A DNA stretch of 6,601 nucleotides from Zygophlyctis sp. KS116 (taxonomy: Eukaryota; Fungi; Chytridiomycota). The translations under genes were made by a program, and so were the position numbers. The stretch spans positions 1 to 6,601 of the forward strand of contig BAAFSQ010000432.1 of assembly GCA_054661495.1 (NCBI GenBank), read 5' to 3'. Below the pieces are notes generated by a model, which ran no database searches, had not been told where the DNA came from, and saw only the letters and a list, made by a program, of their open reading frames with translations. Positions 1-6,601 of the stretch are shown in pieces. Each line of letters begins with the position of its first letter. The stretch's first letter is position 1.

Positions 1-445
1 CAGCTTCATTTTGAATGTTAGCTGATTCATTTTCATGATCATCGGTTTGTGTATGATTGGAATCTGTTTGATGTTCTTTGATTGAATCATCTGGAACGCA
101 CGTTCCTTTTGGCATGAGACATTCTGGCGTCATGGCCTTACATTGAGGATTTAATTTACAGCGAAGGTTTTCTGCACAACCAATTTGTGATACTCCTCCG
201 CAAGTTTCTCCTTCTTTTGCAGGCTGAGAATCACTTTCAGTTTGAGAATCACTTTCAGTTGAGACTGTTGATCCAATGCAAATGCCTAATGCACCACTAC
301 TCGTTGATGCGAAACAGTAACCGCTCTCACATTTAATCCCAGCAGGACCGCCGCAAACTTTCACAGCTGGCAGTATTTGGGCAATTCCAGCCGGAAAGGC
401 ATTTACCATTGAGAGAAGAGCTAAAGATATTTGAATTGATTTCAT
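1..445 (-). CDS. Secreted cysteine-rich protein, 3'-partial (at least 148 aa, open to window edge)
   Basis: Manual translation from ATG at 445: MKSIQISLALLSMVNAFPAGIAQILPAVKVCGGPAGIKCESGYCFASTSSGALGICIGSTVSTESDSQTESDSQPAKEGETCGGVSQIGCAENLRCKLNPQCKAMTPECLMPKGTCVPDDSIKEHQTDSNHTQTDDHENESANIQNEA..., no stop. Signal-peptide-like N-terminus and two CGG-x5-C...C...GxC modules. Confidence 0.8.
   Translation of the reverse strand, partial: MKSIQISLALLSMVNAFPAGIAQILPAVKVCGGPAGIKCESGYCFASTSSGALGICIGSTVSTESDSQTESDSQPAKEGETCGGVSQIGCAENLRCKLNPQCKAMTPECLMPKGTCVPDDSIKEHQTDSNHTQTDDHENESANIQNEA
225..260. repeat. 18-bp perfect tandem duplication inside the secreted-protein CDS
   Basis: tgagaatcactttcagtt at 225-242 and 243-260; encodes TESDSQ twice in the linker between the Cys modules. 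Confidence 0.9.
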
Positions 446-461
446 TTTTTAAAAGATTTTA

Positions 462-529
462 CGGCATAGATCTAGCACTATTAGTTGATTGCGGCATGGC
501 GTCCATACCGCCTGGCTTCCGAGCGGCAT
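462..529. promoter_or_regulatory. Three regularly spaced CGGCAT motifs in the divergent intergenic region
   Basis: CGGCAT at 462, 492 and 524 (spacing 30 and 32) in a GC-rich patch just upstream of the ATG at 445. Regulatory role is inference. Confidence 0.35.
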
Positions 530-703
530 TGACGAAAATCAGTTCATAATTTGAATCTGATGCAATATTATACATTATAATTTAAGTCACAATAAAATGA
601 TTAAAGCCTGCCAACTACTAGACACAAACTAGAGTAGGACACACACAGTAGGAAGACTTAGGAAACACAAATTTCACTTAAAAAATTTTAAAAATTACGA
701 GAA

Positions 704-2120
704 ATGGGCGACAATGACAATGGCTGGAAATTCGCACAGTGTTTTGGAGACAAGGGTGATATTGAAGATGTCTCGGACGCAGATGTCATTTCAGCTGTAG
801 AGTTTGATTCAACGGGAGACTATTTAGCAACGGGCGACAGAGGTGGAAGAGTCGTCTTGTTTGAAAGGAATGAAGGGAAAAAGTCTTGTGAATACAAGTT
901 TTACACAGAATTTCAATCACATGAACCGGAATTTGATTATCTAAAATCACTAGAAATAGAAGAGAAAATTAACAAGATTAGATGGTGTAAAAAACAAAAT
1001 GCTGCTCACTTTTTATTATCAACAAATGATAAAACTGTAAAGTTGTGGAAAGTATTTGATAAAACTATAAAAATTGTATCTGAAAATAATACTGGGAATT
1101 TACAGTCTAATAGGATATCTAGTCTAAAATTACCTAAAATGGTACATCATGACACGATAACGGCCGCGGTTCCAAGGAAAATTTATCAAAATGCTCATGC
1201 TTATCATATAAATTCAATTTCTGTTAATTCTGATGGGGAAACTTATCTTTCGGCAGACGATTTAAGAGTTAATTTGTGGAATTTAAATATTTCGGATCAA
1301 AGTTTTAGTATTTTTTTTTTAAAAAAATTAAATTTTATAGATATTGTAGACATCAAACCTGCAAATATGGAGGAACTTACTGAAGTTATTACAGCTGCCG
1401 AGTTTCATCCTAGTCATTGTAATGTTTTTGCGTATTCTTCAAGTAAGGGGACTATAAAATTAAGTGATATGAGAGCAAATGCGTTGTGTGATAATCATTC
1501 TAAAGGTAATTTTTTTAAAAATTTTAAAAGTTTTATAGTTTATCAAGTTGATGAAGATCCAGCAAATAAATCATTTTTCACAGAAATCATTTCATCAATT
1601 TCTGATCTTAAATTTTCTCGTGATGGACGGTATCTTGTGTCTAGAGACTATTTAACTTTGAAAATTTGGGATGTGAATATGGAGTCTGAACCGGTTCAAA
1701 CAATTAACATTAATGATAATTTACGGCCAAAACTATGTGATTTGTATGAAAATGATTGCATTTTTGATAAATTTGAATGTAATTTTAATGGGACTGGATC
1801 GTAAGTTTTAGTTTTTTAAGAAAATTAGGCAGGTTTTGACTGGTTCATACTCAAATTTCTTTCATATTTTCAATTTACAAGATACTTCATCAACCTTGTT
1901 ACAGGCAGATAAGTCTGCTTTCAAGGCTAAAAAGGTAGGATCAACTAAAAATAAGTCTACTGGATTATCTCGAAAGATTACAAAGAGGGAAGAGTTTAAT
2001 AATGTCGATGCTTTGGATTTCAGTAAAAAAATTATTCATGCGAGCTGGCATCCTCGTGAATCTACAATTGCTTTAGCAGCTACTAATAATTTGTTCCTTT
2101 TTCAAGGGCCAGTAATTTAG
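704..2120 (+). CDS. CDC55: Protein phosphatase 2A regulatory subunit B55 (WD40); join(704..1307,1341..1505,1539..1800,1829..2120), 440 aa
   Basis: Family motifs [95 protein letters not shown]. Removing three GT-AG introns restores [22 protein letters not shown] and GTGSQVLTGSY and joins the two track ORFs. Confidence 0.97.
1308..1340 (+). other. Spliceosomal intron, 33 nt, in-frame and stop-free
   Basis: gtattttttttttaaaaaaattaaattttatag; removal restores conserved SFNIVDIKP. Confidence 0.92.
1506..1538 (+). other. Spliceosomal intron, 33 nt, in-frame and stop-free
   Basis: gtaatttttttaaaaattttaaaagttttatag; removal gives [16 protein letters not shown], matching B55 family spacing. Confidence 0.9.
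1801..1828 (+). other. Spliceosomal intron, 28 nt
   Basis: gtaagttttagttttttaagaaaattag; canonical GTAAGT donor; joins ORFs 704..1804 and 1836..2120 in frame. Confidence 0.93.
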
Positions 2121-2322
2121 TCTATACCATATATTTTAATGTTTCAAGTAAATTTTAATATTGGAATTACTCTTGTGTTTTGAAATGGGAAATACAATTT
2201 AAATTTTCTATCTGTGACATGTACTTTTAATCCATGTTAAATTCAGCTATTGAGCTAAATTTTTGACGAGAAAATCATAACTTTATAAATTTATTGCAAA
2301 ATCTATAAAAAATTGAGAAAAG

Positions 2323-3447
2323 TTATTTAAATCTCTTATAATCATGAGACTCAGTTTCCTTGAGTCTGTACCGTCTTTTAGTAGACACTGGAAATCTAGT
2401 CTCAATCATTTGCTTTTTCTGAAAAGCCTGAAATCTATCCTTGAACAAGTTACCTTCAGGCTTAAATTTCCTTAAATTCTCAGAAATTTCATCTGATAAC
2501 TGAATTTCCATCGACATCTTTCGGAATTTGTATGGACCCAGAATAGACTTTGAAGAATCCTTGACAAAATTACTTTTTTCTTTCTTGTAATGTAATTGCT
2601 TTTCAATTTCCTTGATTCTATATTCAGTATTTTCTAAAAATTACAAATTTATATCCTTGTTCAACTTTTTTTCTTTAATATCTGATAATCTTTGTCTAAT
2701 TTTAGATTTTTCTTTCAATTCCTTGTTCCTATCAGCTCTAGTTTTTCTTTTTTTAAATTTCCCATGTATTTCTTTGGAATCTTTAATTTCCTCTTCACCA
2801 GAGCTAGAGTGTTCCAACTCTTTAGTCATATCATCATCTAAATCCAGTAATTCCTTTGAATAATTTAATTTTTCTTCAATCTTTATTTTTTGAGAAATTT
2901 TCCCAATTTCTTCTTGATACGCCAATTGAATCAAGGAGTCATGATCTGATTTCTTTGGATTATAAGAAGATCCTGGATGTGAAATCTCTACTGTTACTTC
3001 TTGAGAAACTTGTGCTAGTGGTGGAGGTAGGGGTAGCTCTGGCTTTTTAACTTTTTGAACGGGTTCCAAATAAGATTTTGAATTGAAAGAAGATGCAATA
3101 AGAATTGGAGAGACTTTAGTGTCATTCCAGGGATCTTGAAGATCAATAGTCTTTTCAAATGGTTTCCGATACACACTAGTCTTTTTAACTTGTTTTTCAA
3201 AAATTTTAGAAATTTTCTTTCCATTTTCTAAAACTTTGAAAGAATTCTTTCTGAGTCTTGACAATGGAACTGAAAGTTTAGATTTTGAGTTTAAAATCTC
3301 ATCAATCTTTAATTTTGCCAGTTTAACATTAGTATTTCCAGACTTGTCTTGAAAAAACAGACTTGAATCTTGAACATCTGATAATATAGCTCCAAAGATT
3401 CTCTTTTGATCTTGAGTTTCTTGAATTTGCCGAGCGATTTTTTCCAT
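2323..3447 (-). CDS. NOP53: Ribosome biogenesis protein Nop53/GLTSCR2; complement(join(2323..2617,2645..3447)), about 365 aa
   Basis: LFFQD (AIM-like), HPGSSYNP..DH..L, KRKTRADRNK, and C-terminal LGPYKF..MEIQLSDEISENLRKFKPEGNLFKDRF...IETR typical of Nop53. Start codon uncertain. Confidence 0.9.
2618..2644 (-). other. Spliceosomal intron, 27 nt (contains the in-frame TAA)
   Basis: Minus strand gtaatttttagaaaatactgaatatag; removal gives KDINLIKEIEKQLHY and an open frame into ORF 2323..2517. CTGAA is a possible branch site. Confidence 0.88.
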
Positions 3448-3498
3448 TTTCAGACCTTGATCCTGGCCCTATCTTTTTTATATTGATCTGTAGTAGAT
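3448..3498. promoter_or_regulatory. 51-bp divergent spacer between NOP53 and AKR start codons (putative bidirectional promoter)
   Basis: ATGs at 3447(-) and 3499(+); minus strand has TATAAA about 30 nt upstream of the NOP53 ATG. Confidence 0.45.
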
Positions 3499-4384
3499 AT
3501 GATTCCAAAGATTTCTAGTAAATTTTTCAAGTAAATTTAAATATAAAGTTGGAACATATAGAGTTGGAAATACTGTAGAATCTATACAAACTATTAAATC
3601 AGGTTTAGAGTTGGGGTTTAGATGTATAGACACTGCACAAGTCTATAAAAATGAAGAGATGGTTGCAGAGTTGAAAGAAAAATTTGATCCAGAAATTTTC
3701 TTGATTTCAAAAATATCTCCAAGTAATCAAGGAGACAAGGCATATTCTTCTATTCTTTCAAGTTTAAAATTATTACGTGTTAAATGTTTGGATTTAATGC
3801 TTATACATTGGCCGGGATCATCTAAATTAAGTCCAGAGTCTCCATTGAATCTTGTTAAAAGAAGTGAAACTTATCAATCACTCTTAAAGGCCAAGGCGCA
3901 AGGTTTGGTTAAAGAGATTGGGGTTTCAAACTACACCTTGAAACATTTGAAAGAGTTGGATGTGCCACCTTTTTTAAATCAGATTGAATTTCATCCATTA
4001 GTGTATGATGAAAAAATGAAAAAATTGTTGGATTATTCAATGTATTTTCTAGATTTTTTTAAAAAAAATAGGAAAAATAATATTCATGTTCAGGCGTATT
4101 CTCCTTTAGCTGAAGGAAAATATTTAAATGGAGAATGGAGTGATATTGTTGAAATACATGAAATTGCTCAAAAGAGATCTATAACACCTGCACAAGTTCT
4201 TATTAAATGGGCTTTAGAAAAGGGGGTTTTAGTAGTTGTGAAATCACTAGAGATTTCAAGGTTGAAGGAAAATTTTGAAGCGCAAAACGTGATTCTCTTT
4301 CAAGAAGATATTTCAATTTTAGACTCTATAATTACAAAATATGGGTATAGAAAGGCTTGTTGGGATCCAGAAATAATATTGTGA
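3499..4384 (+). CDS. Aldo-keto reductase (AKR superfamily); join(3499..3517,3549..4041,4072..4384), 274 aa
   Basis: Spliced N-terminus MIPKISIGTYRV; GFRCIDTAQVYKNE (Asp, Tyr), ISK (Lys), LDLMLIHWP (His) form an intact catalytic tetrad; IGVSNY, NQIEFHP, QAYSPL, TPAQVLIKW, RLKEN. Confidence 0.95.
3518..3548 (+). other. Spliceosomal intron, 31 nt
   Basis: gtaaatttttcaagtaaatttaaatataaag; removal links ATG 3499 to the GTY motif in the AKR frame. Confidence 0.82.
4042..4071 (+). other. Spliceosomal intron, 30 nt, in-frame and stop-free
   Basis: gtattttctagatttttttaaaaaaaatag; removal gives LLDYSMKNNIHVQAYSPL, the normal AKR spacing. Confidence 0.88.
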
Positions 4385-4491
4385 TTTACAAATATTTTTT
4401 AATCATTTTATCACAAGTATGATGAGTAAATCATGAAATCAATTCATATTTTTGTTATATTAAAAAATATTTCTAAAAAATGAAAAAAATA

Positions 4492-4531
4492 TGGAGAAAA
4501 AGGGCATCGATCCCGCACCTTCTGCATGCAA
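4492..4531 (-). pseudogene. 3' half of tRNA-Ala(UGC)-like sequence (repeat copy A)
   Basis: Minus strand TTGCAT GCAGA AGGT GCGGG ATCGATG CCCTT TTTCTCC A followed by a T7 run. Matches the eukaryotic tRNA-Ala 3' half (ATCGATG T-loop, U70, A73). No D-arm or 5' acceptor strand upstream; T-stem imperfect. Confidence 0.75.
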
Positions 4532-4797
4532 TTTAAAAATCAAAACTTTTTGCCGTGACTCATGATGACTAAGAAAACTTACGCCCAGTCAGGGGGAACG
4601 AATAAATTAATACCGACTTTCGACTGACACGCCGCCTTTTTTTCGTGCATCTATCCAAGTGGCTATAGCACGACCACTTCGCTCCAGTTCCAAATCTTCA
4701 ATCGCCTTTCTTTTCCAAAGTTTTAGCCTCCAGTCCTTTTTCTATTGCCATTACCACGGCCTTTCGTCTTGAAAGGATTTCCTTCCAGAATCACTTT

Positions 4798-4806
4798 TTT
4801 CACACC
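4798..4806. repeat. Target-site duplication, left copy (tttcacacc; right copy 5842-5850)
   Basis: 9-bp direct repeat bounding the hAT remnant; 8-bp core ttcacacc abuts the TIR-like CA at 4807. 8-bp TSDs are typical of hAT. Confidence 0.8.
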
Positions 4807-5842
4807 CAATGATTCCGAATATTGTATTGTTTATTTTATTGTTCCGGACTGACATTTACAATAAATAATTGTAGTATTGCAATATTATTGCTCAATATTA
4901 TTCTCCAATATAGTACATTGTATAATGTAAAATAATATTTTATTTATCAGCTTTCAGAGCTTCTTGAACAATTTCAAGTGACCATTCATGACAGTTGAGG
5001 AACATAATCATCTCCAAGTTGTCATTTGTTAGTGCGATTCTCTTATCCGAATAATTAAGTTGGCATTGGGAGAAGAAACGCTCAACTTCACAAGTAGTAG
5101 AGGGAATCCAGGAAACATCATCATAATTTGAGGCATTTGAATTTGCTATTGATTTAAGCCGTGCAACTTCTTCTTCGACTGATTCCTCCCGTACTATATC
5201 GGCTCCATCCTGAATTTGAGAAATAGTATCCTCTCTAAAGACCATAACTGCATCTTTCTCTCGTTCTGTCAGACTCTGTTCCCTATGTTCAAGTATTTTA
5301 ATAACTTTATTGACAAAGTGATGTGAATTTTCACTTTTAATGGCTAGGTTTGCCAGATATTCCTTGATGCCATCTATTATGCCTGACTCTAAGCAATATT
5401 TTTCAACTCTTCCAAGGCAGCTATTGAAATATAAGCGTGCCGTATGAATCTCCAGAGCTCTGCCTGACAATTAGGTGAATAATCCCACCTTGTAAACTTA
5501 AAGTAGTGTCTTCAAATGGTTTCAAAATTGTAGATAATTTTTGAAGCTCATCATGTTCTTCCGGGGTTGGTATTAGCCGATACATTTTAACTCTGCTATA
5601 ATGGTCTATTGGCGCATCATCTGCAACTCTATCCACCTGCATATCATTAGCAAACAATTCCTGAACTGGGTCAATTATTTGAAAATATCTTTTTATTCGA
5701 AGGTGCTCGACCATCTTGTATCATTGTGCAACCTCGGGCTGAGATTCGTTTTTGTCAAGAGAAGTGCCCGTCTCTTTAATGAACACAACTTCAGCATCAT
5801 ATTATGCACTTTTTCTACAAGCCGGTTTATTTAAAAGTGAAT
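4807..5842 (-). mobile_element. 5'-truncated hAT DNA transposon remnant with frameshifted transposase (about 5830 to 4940)
   Basis: Three frames: LVEKVHNMMLKL...SPRLHNDTRWSSTFE / IKRYFQI...LKPFEDTTLSLQG / ...WIPSTTCEVERFFSQCQLNYSDKRIALTNDNLEMIMFL (TRWxS and ERxFS/dimerisation motifs). End at 4807 caatgattccgaa resembles hAT CAGTG.TTCCCAA termini; caatattatt subterminal repeats at 4880 and 4893. Confidence 0.85.
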
Positions 5843-5850
5843 TTCACACC
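5842..5850. repeat. Target-site duplication, right copy
   Basis: tttcacacc identical to 4798-4806; collapsing the two copies restores the GCR1_C reading frame. Confidence 0.8.
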
Positions 5851-5940
5851 ATTTATCTCCATATTTTTGAATCAACTCTTCGACTGATGGATGCCCATCC
5901 CATGGCTCCTTCCACAAGAATGGTGGCCTTGAATAAGAAG

Positions 5941-5982
5941 TTGTTGTACTATAAATATAAACAAAATGGAGAAAAATGCAAA
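5941..5982 (-). repeat. Possible third, heavily deleted copy (B) of the tRNA-Ala-half repeat
   Basis: ttgtt...ataaa...aaaatggagaaaaatgcaaa shares atggagaaaaa with copy A and the ttgtt/A-rich lead with copy C; T-arm missing. Confidence 0.35.
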
Positions 5983-6008
5983 AGGTGCTAAAGCTACAAG
6001 TATAGCTT

Positions 6009-6450
6009 GTGTTTGATGAATTCGAATTGGCCAACAGTATAATTGATCAATTAGCTAACTATGAACATGCTATTGCTGAACTGCCAGCAAAAAATCCATT
6101 ATTTCATTTTAAAAATGAGCTAAAACTTCTGTTTAGTAACTCAGTGGACAGAAAGGTAGTCCATACAATTGGACTGATACCAATTTTATGCTTTGGTCAT
6201 TCAATTATGCAAAATCCTCTTTTCGTTTTATTTTTGAAAGTACTGCTGATTTGGATCTTTAGTTTCAAGAACATTATATTTACAACGAAATGGTGAATCA
6301 GACTCTCGATAGATACGTCGTAAATGGCCACACTATTAGTGAAGAAGACATCGAAAGAGCCCAAAATGAAATATTACTACAGACTTGGGTTGTCGTCGTG
6401 GAGCTGAGAAAGTACTTTTGTGCTTTATTGCAAAATTATATCAATATAAA
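6009..6450 (+). pseudogene. Degenerate coding fragment of unknown family
   Basis: VFDEFELANSIIDQLANYEHAIAELP... then after a frameshift GQKGSPYNWTDTNFMLWSFNYAKSSFRFIFESTADLDL*FQEHYIYNEMVNQTLDRYVVNGHTISEEDIERAQNEILLQTW; protein-like composition, no motif recognised. Confidence 0.3.
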
Positions 6451-6458
6451 AAAGTCTA

Positions 6459-6526
6459 ATTTTTGTTATGGTAATAAAATTAAAAAATGGAGAAAGGGTT
6501 CGACCTTCTGCATGAAATTTAAAAAT
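6459..6526 (-). repeat. Second clear copy (C) of the tRNA-Ala-half repeat; direct repeat of 4448-4540
   Basis: Colinear shared blocks on plus strand: atttttgttat (4448/6459), atggagaaa (4491/6487), ggg..tcga, accttctgcatg (4517/6503), aatttaaaaat (4530/6516). Confidence 0.8.
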
Positions 6527-6601
6527 AAAAAAAAATATGAACCTGTTCGATCAGCACCGTCACATGATTTTTATTTGTTTAACTTGCTTGTTTATTTCAA
6601 A

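Larger units (their letters stand above)
4607..5935 (-). pseudogene. Degenerate GCR1_C-like DNA-binding domain (Crypton/Gcr1 type), split by the hAT insertion; halves about 5843..5935 and 4607..4806
   Basis: Rejoined at the duplicated site: LWKEPWDGHPSVEELIQKYGDKWCEKSDSGRKSF/SRRKAVVMAIEKGLEAKTLEK/KAIEDLELERSGRAIATWIDARKK (two frameshifts). Fits the remembered GCR1_C pattern LWxEW..G.PSV..L...YG.KWR....RK.FSRRK.I...IE....AI..LE..R. Confidence 0.72.

Noticed and set aside
619-672. Loose TAG(G)A/ACAC repeats upstream of CDC55
   Set aside because: Short, irregular low-complexity 5' UTR-like sequence; not telomeric or CRISPR-like.
1799-1836. Frameshift, readthrough or alternative genetic code explaining the split CDC55 and NOP53 ORFs
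   Set aside because: Canonical GT-AG introns restore the frames under the standard code.
2612-3224. Track ORFs 2612..2863(+), 2856..3050(+), 3015..3224(-)
   Set aside because: Antisense or alternate-frame shadows of NOP53.
432-4446. 14-bp inverted match tgaattgatttcat (432-445) / atgaaatcaattca (4433-4446)
   Set aside because: Expected by chance in AT-rich DNA of this length; brackets housekeeping genes with no TSD.
4492-4514. LTR retrotransposon primer-binding site complementary to tRNA-Ala
   Set aside because: Lacks the extra TGG complementary to post-transcriptional CCA, no adjacent LTR end or gag/pol sequence, and the match extends to the anticodon.
4492-4531. Functional, permuted or split tRNA-Ala gene
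   Set aside because: No 5' half found on either side within the window; T-stem mismatched and the second copy has deletions.
5601-5991. Track ORFs 5601..5834(+) and 5752..5991(+)
   Set aside because: Antisense to the hAT and GCR1_C remnants, no recognisable motifs.
4448-6570. True CRISPR array
   Set aside because: Eukaryotic context, degenerate repeats, spacers of hundreds of bp, no cas genes.

Overview
AT-rich, gene-dense eukaryotic window, most likely an early-diverging fungus (inferred from the proteins and tiny GT-AG introns; not prokaryotic). The left 4.4 kb holds four compact genes: a secreted Cys-rich protein (minus strand, runs off the left edge, absent from the ORF track), PP2A B55 subunit (CDC55/PPP2R2, 3 introns), NOP53 (1 intron) and an aldo-keto reductase (2 introns). 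All six introns are only 27-33 nt, mostly T-run/A-run, and three are stop-free multiples of 3 hidden inside the ORF calls. The right 2.1 kb is decayed accessory DNA: a GCR1_C (Crypton-type) domain fragment split by a one-ended hAT transposon remnant with an 8-9 bp target duplication, plus a degenerate plus-strand ORF. These pieces lie between two clear and one weak direct copies of a repeat built on the 3' half of tRNA-Ala(UGC). All calls are by eye; no searches were run.
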